Part shown: one piece after another, positions 10,365 to 18,123 of the stretch
Position numbering within the stretch: position 1 is the stretch's first letter
How the letters are laid out: the number at the start of each line of letters is the position of its first letter
From: Prosthecobacter sp.
GTDB lineage: Bacteria > Verrucomicrobiota > Verrucomicrobiia > Verrucomicrobiales > Verrucomicrobiaceae
Direction of reading: 5' to 3'
DNA length: 64,000 nt
Assembly (NCBI RefSeq): GCF_020439865.1
Contig: NZ_JAGRPF010000073.1
Coordinates: forward strand, 10,927 to 74,926
The notes under the pieces: model-generated
Database searches by the model: none
Told to the model about the DNA's origin: nothing
Seen by the model: the letters and a program-made list of their open reading frames with translations, nothing else
Translations under genes and position numbers: made by a program

Positions 10365-10910
10365 ATGAAAACAGCCATCTCTCATGCATCACACCCGAGG
10401 CGCTCGAAGCGTCAGTCATCCGCCTTCTCGCTGGTGGAGGTCACCATCGCGGTCGCCATAGCCGCACTGGGTTTCATTTCTGTGCTTGGTCTGCTCCCCC
10501 AGGGAATCAACATGGCCCGCAATTCGGCGGAAATGTCCGTGGGCTCCAAAATCATTCAGAAACTCAACGGTGAGCTTCAATCAATGCCATGGAGCCACAT
10601 CACATGGACGGGCTATGGGCCGCTGCGTTTCTTCACCAACGAAGGTACGGAGATGACCACCGCAGACACCTCCGAAGAAAACATGGCGGCCTCCCTGGCC
10701 TTCGTTGCTTCCGTCTATGTGCCGGAAAAACCCCTGGATGTGGTCCTTCCGGTTGGAAGCAGCAGTGGTTCTGCCAGCGCGGCGGAGGCCTATCTGCGGC
10801 GCGTGAAGATCTGCGTCGCTACCTCCGGAGACCAGTCCTTTGACTTTAACACGGCGTCGCCCCTGCGCATCACGTCGGCCTGCACCCTCGTCGCCAAGAT
10901 GGGGGAATGA
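10365..10910 (+). CDS. Verru_Chthon cassette protein B (prepilin-type N-terminal cleavage/methylation, GspI/PilV-like)
   Basis: SSA|FSLVEVTIAVAIAALGFISVLGLLP N-terminus; about 181 aa; stop overlaps the next start (ATGA). Confidence 0.88.
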   Translation: MKTAISHASHPRRSKRQSSAFSLVEVTIAVAIAALGFISVLGLLPQGINMARNSAEMSVGSKIIQKLNGELQSMPWSHITWTGYGPLRFFTNEGTEMTTADTSEENMAASLAFVASVYVPEKPLDVVLPVGSSSGSASAAEAYLRRVKICVATSGDQSFDFNTASPLRITSACTLVAKMGE

Positions 10911-12007
10911 CCATCCACACCGCCACCCCTGTTCGAACTATGAAACATCATCATGACACATCGCGACGGCACGGATTCTCTTTGGTGGAGGTTGCGCTCT
11001 CCATGGTGATCCTCTCCATCATCCTGCTGGTGGCCGTGCAGGTGCTGGGGCAGACCCAGCGCACATGGAAGCGCGGTGTGGCCCGTGTCGAACAGTTTCG
11101 CGAAGCGCGGATGGCTTATGAAAGCATCACGCAAAATGTCAGGCAGGCGATTCTGAACACCTATCAGGCATATCAATACAACAACGGCGAAACCCCGACG
11201 ATTCCCCAGTCGAAAACCCAGCTGCCCACGAAGTACATCCGCCAGTCGGAGCTCCAGTTCGTCACAGGGCAGGCTCAGACGCTTCTTCCGGGCACCTCGG
11301 CCGCAATGCTGGTGACGCATGCCATGTTCTTCCAGGCCCGCCTGGGGCTGAGCGAGCGTGACGGTTACGAGGGCCTCAACCGGCTGTTGTGTGGCCGCGG
11401 GTATTTCATCATGCATGGCAGCGATGACGCCTTCCGTCCGCCGCATGTGACCACCACGCGGTCTCGGTTTCGGCTCTGGGAGTATCGTCCGCCGGCGGAG
11501 GAGAATACTGTCTATGCCGTCAAACCCGGGCAGTGGTTCAACAAGGCGGCCACCAATGTCATCAGCTCAGGAGAAACCATCGATGAACCCGCGGACACTC
11601 GTCCCATTGCTGAAAACATCGTCGCGCTCATCATTTCACCCCAGGTCACCTCTGACGATGCGGCCTACAAAAAGACGAAGCCTTGGTGGATCGCGCCAAA
11701 TTACTCCTATGACTCCACCAAGCTCGTCAACACCACTAGTGACAGCCCGCAGGGAACCCAGCATATGCTGCCGCCACGTGTGGTGGTGACGCTGGTGGCC
11801 ATTGATGAAGCCTCCGCCCGCAATCTGGCGGATCGCAACGAGGAGGCCATGCCAGAGCTTGTTCCGAAGGGGGCCTTCACCAACCGCGATGATCTACAGA
11901 CGGACCTCAAGACCCTGGAGGCAAAGCTGCGCTCCGAGCAGCTCAACTACCGGGTCTTCTCGTCCACCATCAACATGCGCAACTCAAAATGGGGGCTCCT
12001 CCGATGA
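10907..12007 (+). CDS. Verru_Chthon cassette protein C (prepilin-type, GspJ/PilW-like)
   Basis: RRHG|FSLVEVALSMVIL motif, FREAR.A motif, 366 aa; ATGA overlaps on both sides. Confidence 0.88.
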   Translation: MTIHTATPVRTMKHHHDTSRRHGFSLVEVALSMVILSIILLVAVQVLGQTQRTWKRGVARVEQFREARMAYESITQNVRQAILNTYQAYQYNNGETPTIPQSKTQLPTKYIRQSELQFVTGQAQTLLPGTSAAMLVTHAMFFQARLGLSERDGYEGLNRLLCGRGYFIMHGSDDAFRPPHVTTTRSRFRLWEYRPPAEENTVYAVKPGQWFNKAATNVISSGETIDEPADTRPIAENIVALIISPQVTSDDAAYKKTKPWWIAPNYSYDSTKLVNTTSDSPQGTQHMLPPRVVVTLVAIDEASARNLADRNEEAMPELVPKGAFTNRDDLQTDLKTLEAKLRSEQLNYRVFSSTINMRNSKWGLLR

Positions 12008-12654
12008 AAAACATTCGTTCACCACAAAACCTTCGCAGACGCGTCCACCGTTCAGCCTCAACCGGCTTCAGCCTGGTGGAGATTGTCGTCGTGGTTGCCA
12101 TCGTGGCCCTGATCTTCACGTTCGCCACACCCTATACTCTGGCCGCGATCCAGTCGGCCAGTATCTCATCCGCAGGGGACAGCCTGATGCTCAAGCTCTC
12201 CCAGGCCCAGCAGCGGGCGCTGACGGACAACAAACCCACCGGGGTGGATTTCTTTTTCTACACCAAGGACGGAATCACAGGCTGCCACGCCATTCAGCTC
12301 ATCCGCTACGATCCTGCCACCAATCAGGCGACTTCGATTGAGGAGCCGGTGTACTGGGGGGAAGGGCGTGTGGTGTTGGTGCAGGGAGCGCTCTCCCCGA
12401 TGTTTGCCAGCAACGTTCCGGCGTCGAGCACCGGATCTGCCACACGTGCGCCTTTCAAAGATCTCGAAGCCACCTTCAACCGGATCATCTTTTACCCCAA
12501 CGGATCCACAAACCTGCGTGTGCCGCTGCGAAACGCCTACCTGACCCTGGTTTCCATCAACAACTACAAGGAGGAGCTCGCCGATGCTCCGCCCAACTAC
12601 TACACGGTTCAGCTCGATCCCGTCACCGGGCGTGCGCATTCGTATCGTCCGTGA
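12004..12654 (+). CDS. Verru_Chthon cassette protein D (prepilin-type, GspH/FimT-like)
   Basis: STG|FSLVEIVVVVAIVAL motif, L.QAQQRA, FYPNGST, and C-terminal QLDPVTGRAHSYRP. Confidence 0.88.
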   Translation: MKNIRSPQNLRRRVHRSASTGFSLVEIVVVVAIVALIFTFATPYTLAAIQSASISSAGDSLMLKLSQAQQRALTDNKPTGVDFFFYTKDGITGCHAIQLIRYDPATNQATSIEEPVYWGEGRVVLVQGALSPMFASNVPASSTGSATRAPFKDLEATFNRIIFYPNGSTNLRVPLRNAYLTLVSINNYKEELADAPPNYYTVQLDPVTGRAHSYRP

Positions 12655-12682
12655 TGTGCCTTGGGCTGGGATGATTCGCCGT

Positions 12683-12712
12683 TTGCGGTCTGGCCGGCTC
12701 TCCGCCTATATT
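12683..12712 (+). promoter_or_regulatory. Putative sigma70 promoter for (near-)leaderless hemB mRNA
   Basis: TTGCGG-N18-TATATT, followed 8 nt later by the ATG at 12721. Confidence 0.45.
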
Positions 12713-12720
12713 CGGGGCCG

Positions 12721-13698
12721 ATGCATCTCCCAATCCGCCCCCGCCGCAACCGCCAGTCTCCCGCCATTCGCGATCTCGTTCGCGAGACGGAGCTGACGCC
12801 GGGTCATCTGATCTACCCTTTGTTCATTCAGGAGGGCGGGGAAAACACGCCGATCTCCTCCATGCCGGGTTGCACACGCTGGAGCGTGGAAGGACTCGTG
12901 CAGGAGGCCGGAGAGGCGCATGCCCTAGGCGTCCCTGCCGTGGTGCTGTTCCCACGCATCCCAGATCAGCTCAAGACGCGTGATGCGGCGGCCTGCCATG
13001 CGGATGATGGACTGGTGCCGCGCGCGATTCGCGCTCTGAAAGCGGCGCATCCCACACTTGCGGTGATCACTGACGTGGCGCTCGATCCCTACAACAGCGA
13101 CGGTCATGACGGTCTCGTCTCCGATGACGGCCGCATCTTGAATGATGAAACCGTGGCTGTGCTACAGCAGCAGGCGCTCTGTCACGCGCGTGCGGGCGCG
13201 GACATCGTCGCGCCGAGTGATATGATGGATGGTCGCGTGGCTGCGATCCGTGCGGCACTCGACGAGGCCGGCTTCCAAGGTGTTTCGATCATGAGCTACA
13301 CCGCGAAGTATGCCAGCGCCTACTACGGACCGTTTCGTGGTGCGCTGGACTCGGCACCGAAGGCCGGCGACAAGAAGACCTATCAAATGGACCCGGCGAA
13401 CTCGCGTGAAGCCCAGCGCGAGGCTGCGATCGACGAAGCCGAGGGAGCCGACATCCTCATGGTGAAACCCGCAGGGCCTTATCTCGACATCATCGCCAAG
13501 TTGCGTGCCGCCACCATGCTGCCCATCGCGGCCTATCAGGTTAGCGGCGAGTATTTGATGATCAAAGCTGGTGCCGCCGGTGGTTGGATCGACGAGGCGA
13601 AGATCGTGAACGAATCGCTCACCGGCATCCGTCGTGCGGGTGCGGACATGATCCTCACTTACTTTGCGAAGCAGTGGGCGAAGGGGTGGCTGAGTTAG
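12721..13698 (+). CDS. hemB: Porphobilinogen synthase (delta-aminolevulinate dehydratase), Asp-type metal site
   Basis: RPRRNR N-terminus, DVALDPY..DGHDG, APSDMMDGR, SYTAKYASAYYGPFR, MVKP and AYQVSGEY motifs. Confidence 0.97.
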   Translation: MHLPIRPRRNRQSPAIRDLVRETELTPGHLIYPLFIQEGGENTPISSMPGCTRWSVEGLVQEAGEAHALGVPAVVLFPRIPDQLKTRDAAACHADDGLVPRAIRALKAAHPTLAVITDVALDPYNSDGHDGLVSDDGRILNDETVAVLQQQALCHARAGADIVAPSDMMDGRVAAIRAALDEAGFQGVSIMSYTAKYASAYYGPFRGALDSAPKAGDKKTYQMDPANSREAQREAAIDEAEGADILMVKPAGPYLDIIAKLRAATMLPIAAYQVSGEYLMIKAGAAGGWIDEAKIVNESLTGIRRAGADMILTYFAKQWAKGWLS

Positions 13699-13702
13699 CC
13701 TA

Positions 13703-13929
13703 GTCTAACGTCCTAGCGCAGGCACCGCTGGGGCGGGGTGGCGGATCGAACGAACGCAAAACGAGCACTTGGCGCGGCGGGTGCAAGCTCAAACGAAGCG
13801 ACTGACGAACAAATCACGCCAAGACTCTGAGACGGCAACGTAGCAGCCGCCGTGCCAAGTGCGGTCAAGCTACGGTAAGGCATGTCCGACACAGCAGCCC
13901 CAGCGGTTGCCTGCCGCTCATGGTTCGCC
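13703..13929 (-). mobile_element. Integron attC-like recombination site (unusually long, 227 bp)
   Basis: On the minus strand: R'' GGCGAAC, 5-nt spacer, L'' GCG[G]CAGG, CA[A]CCGCTGGGGC ... GCCCCAGCGGTG, L' CCTGCGC, 6-nt spacer, R' GTTAGAC (perfect GTTRRRY). This gives 19 paired bases with two extrahelical bases at the canonical positions. It lies 65 bp downstream of a co-oriented gene. Confidence 0.8.
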
Positions 13930-13993
13930 CTCGTATGGCCGATGATCTAATCTGTAGTTATCTCGGCAGGGACGTGACAGATGAGAATCCGGA

Positions 13994-14476
13994 CTACTGG
14001 ATATGGGCGATCATGTCTGTGAATGAAGCAAAAGCTCGAAACTCAGCATCAATCTCTTCTCTGGTCCTGGCCCATGTAGCGATGTCCAGTCCGCCGCAAT
14101 CATGGTCAATGTGATAAATCGCTCCGAATGCGTCAGCATCAAGGCACATGCAAAGTGGATCCCCGCCGTCAGTATATGCTATCGGTAGCATGGGAATAGG
14201 GATCCTAACCTCCTCTATCGATCCGGTCACAAGCGAGTAGCCAAGCAAGAGTCGTCGGTCAAGGTCTTCAAGGCCAAGAATGTGCGAGAGACATACCACG
14301 GAGTCATCGTCAGTGGACACCTCAAACTCGGCCTCTCCGCCGCTGCATCGCTCGAGGAAATCCCTATAGTCGGAAGGTAGGGTGTGCCCAACCTGCTGTT
14401 CAAACCAACGAATGTCGGAAGGGGTCAACACTGATCGTGTCTGTTCAATAGCCGCTACGAAATCATCAACGATCAT
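13994..14476 (-). CDS. SMI1/KNR4 (SUKH-superfamily) immunity-type protein carried as an integron-like gene cassette
   Basis: LTPSDIRWFEQQVGHTLPSDYRDFLERCSGG ... LPIAYTDGGDPLCMCLD...GAIYHIDHD ... FASFTDMI. Codon usage is atypical versus neighbours; flanked by attI-like and attC sites. Confidence 0.85.
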   Translation of the reverse strand: MIVDDFVAAIEQTRSVLTPSDIRWFEQQVGHTLPSDYRDFLERCSGGEAEFEVSTDDDSVVCLSHILGLEDLDRRLLLGYSLVTGSIEEVRIPIPMLPIAYTDGGDPLCMCLDADAFGAIYHIDHDCGGLDIATWARTREEIDAEFRAFASFTDMIAHIQ

Positions 14477-14548
14477 GGTGTGAGGCGTTGTTGGTTGGGC
14501 GAACAATTCAGATAGGAAACACTTCTGTCGGTTTGCCTGCACCTTTAT

Positions 14549-14568
14549 AGCCAACAAAAGTGTCGGAA
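14549..14568 (-). mobile_element. Putative attI-like simple site (integron attachment site)
   Basis: Minus strand TTCCGAC-ACTTTT-GTTGGCT: an inverted L box, a 6-nt spacer and a GTT core, directly upstream of the cassette gene, in AT-rich DNA with a further 12-bp IR (14610-14621/14651-14662). Confidence 0.55.
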
Positions 14569-14709
14569 AAGTACGGGGTGGCCTGCTTCATAATGTGGGT
14601 TTAGCCGCAAATAGCGGAATAGGGAAACAAAAACGCCGAATAACATCCCGTATTTGGCTATTGGAGTATGAAAAATAACACGCAGTTGTCGGGAGACGGC
14701 TTCGTGGAG

Positions 14710-16341
14710 TCAATTCGTCTTCGACTTGCTGCCGGCTTTGCTGGTCGCTGCTTTGGCTGCACTTTGGCTCTCGCCGGATTTGCTGGTCTGTGGCGTGGCG
14801 GTTGTCGGTGGAGTTGCGGTCGATGACGACGAGGCTGCAGGTGAGGACGTCGCATTGGCCGGTGGCGCGGTTTGGGCTGGTGTTCCAGTGGCTGGCGGGG
14901 AAGAGCCATCCGCAGCGGGTGTGGTCGTAGCAGGCGGTTCGGGTTTCTTGAACGGATCTTCCCAAGTATGCAGGACGTAGCCGGCACCGATGCCGCCGAC
15001 TTCGCCGATCAAGGCGGCGCATTTTTCCTTCCACTTCGCGAGATCAGGCGCTGAACGCTTTTCCTCGGCCGTGCCAGGGAAGATGAGGTAGGTTACCTTG
15101 AGATCGCTTTCCGGGCGGATGTAAGGCGTGGACTTGGGATTGATGGTCTTGGCCATGAGGAGCGAGGCTTCGCCCATCTTGAAGCTGGGGCCGTAGTCGC
15201 CGCAGATGGCGGGGTAGATTTTGCCCTCGTGGATGACGGCGGCGTAGTCGCCGATCTGCGGGGTGAACTTGTTTTGATCAGCGTAGCCGCGGAACAGCAG
15301 TGAGATCACAATGAAGGGATCTTTTTCAGCGATCAGGCTGCTGCGGGCTTTCATTTCCCCGACCTCGACCTTGAGCGTGCTGATGAGCGAGCTGAGTTCG
15401 CGATTGCGCGAAGCCGGGAGTCCTTTGACGGCATACTCGTCCTGGGCCTTTTTCAGCCGTTCCTCCCACTTGGCGAGCAGCGGGTTGGGATTCTTCGTGG
15501 TCTTGGGCCAGGCGTAGCTGGTGAAGGGCTGGTAGTAGTCGGAGAGATAGATGTACTCGGAAAGCGTGGGCATGCGGTCGCCGTCGGACCCGTCAGCGAC
15601 GACATCCATCTCGGATTGAATCAGCAGGGCGCGCCGCTGGGTGGCGGGGTGGGTGAGTTCGAGGATGGTCTCGGTGTCGTAGAAATTGTGACGGTCGAGG
15701 ATTCTGTTGAGTCGTGTGAGGTCGTTCTGCACACGATTGGTTTTGTTCTCGTAGAGCTTGTAGTAGAAGCCGGAGACCTTTGCGGCAGGCAGCATGGCAT
15801 CAAGCCCGGGCAGGATGGCCGGGAGGTGCTTGTTGATGCGTGAGAGTTCCACCGCGGTCTGGTTTGCCTTCGGCACGCGGATGCTGAGCTGGAATTCGGC
15901 CTTGTAGGACTCTGGATCGAGACGCTCGAGACTGGCGAAACTGCCCTGCTCGGTGAGCAGGTTGGTTTTGACGGTGATGCCGTTGAAGAGTGTGGCGACG
16001 TCGATGTCTTTGCGCGGAATGTATTTCTCCGGAAGAGGGGGCTGCACTTCGCGGATGACTTCCTTGGTCACCTCTTTGACGACGGGGACCTCCTTGATCA
16101 CATCGTGCATCACATCACGCGTGATGACGCGCTCCTTGGTGGTGCGGGCGGATTCGACGATGTCCTGGATGCCTCGTTTGATCTTGCCAGCGAAGGGGGT
16201 GAAAGGGAGCAGCAGTCCGGTGAGGATGATGAGCAGGAACAACACTCTGGCGGCAGAGCTGAAGCAGCCCCGCTTCTGACGTGGCTGCCACGAGGCGGGC
16301 GGCGGATCGTTCTCGACGGGGGTGTCAGGTTCCAAAGACAT
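14710..16341 (-). CDS. Membrane-anchored glycoside hydrolase family 75 (chitosanase-like) domain protein
   Basis: N-terminal TM helix; MDVVADG, DPFIVI, GDYAAVIHEGKIYPAICGDYGP..KMGEAS motifs; P/A/T/S-rich C-terminal tail. Confidence 0.72.
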   Translation of the reverse strand: MSLEPDTPVENDPPPASWQPRQKRGCFSSAARVLFLLIILTGLLLPFTPFAGKIKRGIQDIVESARTTKERVITRDVMHDVIKEVPVVKEVTKEVIREVQPPLPEKYIPRKDIDVATLFNGITVKTNLLTEQGSFASLERLDPESYKAEFQLSIRVPKANQTAVELSRINKHLPAILPGLDAMLPAAKVSGFYYKLYENKTNRVQNDLTRLNRILDRHNFYDTETILELTHPATQRRALLIQSEMDVVADGSDGDRMPTLSEYIYLSDYYQPFTSYAWPKTTKNPNPLLAKWEERLKKAQDEYAVKGLPASRNRELSSLISTLKVEVGEMKARSSLIAEKDPFIVISLLFRGYADQNKFTPQIGDYAAVIHEGKIYPAICGDYGPSFKMGEASLLMAKTINPKSTPYIRPESDLKVTYLIFPGTAEEKRSAPDLAKWKEKCAALIGEVGGIGAGYVLHTWEDPFKKPEPPATTTPAADGSSPPATGTPAQTAPPANATSSPAASSSSTATPPTTATPQTSKSGESQSAAKAATSKAGSKSKTN

Positions 16342-16386
16342 GCGCGTGAGAAGGTTGAACGGTGTTCGGGTTAAGTGGCGGACGCG

Positions 16387-17064
16387 TCATCCTTCTTCAA
16401 GCCGGCCTTCTTTGAGGATGAGCCTGCGATCTCCGCGTTTTGCGAGGTTTTGATCATGCGTGACAACAACGAGCGTCTTTTTGGCCTCGTTGACGACCTG
16501 CATGAGCATGTCGATGACGCCGCTGCCAGTGCTGGCATCGAGGTTGCCGGTGGGTTCGTCGGCGTAGATGATGCCGGGGTTGTTGATGAGCGCGCGGGCA
16601 ATGGCCACACGTTGCTGCTCGCCGCCGGAGAGTTCAGTGGGCAGGTGCTGGAGACGTTCGCTGAGGCCCACCTTGTCGAGCAGTTCGCGGGCGCGTTCCT
16701 CGGCCTTACGACCGCCGATCATGGCCGGCAGCACCACGTTTTCGAGGGCCGTCAGTTCCGGCAGCAGAAAGTAGTGCTGGAAGACGAAACCCATGACCTG
16801 ATTGCGGGTGCGGGCACGCTCGGCCGCGGCTGCTTGATAGAGCGAACGGCCGTGCACGAGCACATCACCGGAGGTCGGTTGTTCGAGGCCACCGAGCACA
16901 TAGAGCAGCGTCGTTTTGCCAGCGCCTGACTGCCCACACAGGAAAACCTTTTCACCGGCGGCGACTTCGATGTTCACACCACGCAGCACGGGCAGATCAT
17001 GCCCCCCGAGGTGATAGGTGCGATGCACATCATGTGCGGCGAGTGGTGCGGCTTCCTGGCTCAT
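16387..17064 (-). CDS. lolD: ABC transporter ATP-binding protein, LolD-like
   Basis: Walker A GQSGAGKTT, GFVFQHYFLLPELTALENV, LSGGEQQRVAIARAL, ADEPTGNLD, VVTHD. Confidence 0.8.
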   Translation of the reverse strand: MSQEAAPLAAHDVHRTYHLGGHDLPVLRGVNIEVAAGEKVFLCGQSGAGKTTLLYVLGGLEQPTSGDVLVHGRSLYQAAAAERARTRNQVMGFVFQHYFLLPELTALENVVLPAMIGGRKAEERARELLDKVGLSERLQHLPTELSGGEQQRVAIARALINNPGIIYADEPTGNLDASTGSGVIDMLMQVVNEAKKTLVVVTHDQNLAKRGDRRLILKEGRLEEG

Positions 17065-17104
17065 GAGAATGAATGTTTGTACGCTCCGCAGATGCTCCGC
17101 GACG

Positions 17105-17566
17105 TCAAGGTGTGATGCCCGCCTGTGTGCGCTGCCTGAGCGCCTCGTACATCACGATGCCAGCCGCCGTCGCGAGATTCAGACTACGCGTTTCCTGCAT
17201 CGGGATGCACAGACACTTTTCCTGTTCGATCACTGAAGGCGGGATCCCGCGCGTTTCAGGCCCGAACACGAGATAGACGTTCGGAGACGTAAGGTCGGCC
17301 GACCAGTAGGTTTGATTCCCCTGACATTCGACAAAGAAGACGGAGTCACCGGCCTCCATCGTTGTGTTCAAGTCGTCCCAGGTGTTCCAGACACGCACAT
17401 CCACTTTTGGCCAGTAGTCCAGCCCCGCACGTTTCAAGTGCCTGTCCTCGAGGCTGAAGCCAAGAGGTTTGATCAAATGGAGACGTGCTCCAGTGGCGAG
17501 GCAGAGGCGGCCGATGGCTCCCGTGTTGTGCGGAATCTCCGGCTGAAACAGAACCACGTTCAGCAT
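17105..17566 (-). CDS. trmL: tRNA (cytidine/uridine-34-2'-O)-methyltransferase
   Basis: VVLFQPEIPHNTGAIGRLC, LKRAGLDYW, FGPETRG, RSLNLA SPOUT motifs. Confidence 0.93.
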   Translation of the reverse strand: MLNVVLFQPEIPHNTGAIGRLCLATGARLHLIKPLGFSLEDRHLKRAGLDYWPKVDVRVWNTWDDLNTTMEAGDSVFFVECQGNQTYWSADLTSPNVYLVFGPETRGIPPSVIEQEKCLCIPMQETRSLNLATAAGIVMYEALRQRTQAGITP

Positions 17567-17572
17567 GGAGGG

Positions 17573-18076
17573 TCAGTTCTTGAAAACAAAAAATTTCCGA
17601 CACACGAAATTCACCATCACGGAAGCAACCACGAGGGACCCCTGTGCCACAATGGTGTTGATGCCGAACTTGTGAATCAAATACGGCCCTGCCGCCAGCC
17701 CCACCACAAAACCGAGTGTGCTGACCAGGGTAAAATAGAGAAACTCCTTCACCCGGTGATGCCGTCCTGGCGTGAAGACCCATAGAGAATTGGTGATGTA
17801 GGCAAATGCGTTGCTGAACAGAAAGGCAATCGCGTTGTTGTAGGTGGTGTTCAGCGCTCGAACATCCTGCGGGATCGCGCTGTCGATCGCAGGGTAGAGC
17901 CACACGGAGCAGCCCCCCCAGATCAACTGGTGAACGATGAGCGCTCCTACACCGCAAATCCCATATTTGATAAACTGGATGAGGGGATGCGTGTCCCGCG
18001 CATTCATGCGCGCAAGGATCGTCCTCCAGTTGTTCTGACGGAAAAACAGAAGAGCCTCACCGATTTTTGAAGTCAT
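17573..18076 (-). CDS. GtrA-family membrane protein
   Basis: QFIKYGICGV N-terminal motif, four hydrophobic segments, NFVCRKFFVF C-terminus. Confidence 0.8.
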   Translation of the reverse strand: MTSKIGEALLFFRQNNWRTILARMNARDTHPLIQFIKYGICGVGALIVHQLIWGGCSVWLYPAIDSAIPQDVRALNTTYNNAIAFLFSNAFAYITNSLWVFTPGRHHRVKEFLYFTLVSTLGFVVGLAAGPYLIHKFGINTIVAQGSLVVASVMVNFVCRKFFVFKN

Positions 18077-18123
18077 CGTGTGAGGCTCTCCGGGGATGGG
18101 CTGTCTGCAAGCAGCAGATGGTA

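Noticed and set aside
13920-14114. 64-aa plus-strand ORF overlapping the attC end and SUKH gene
   Set aside because: Antisense to the SUKH gene, starts inside the attC, and has no coding signal.
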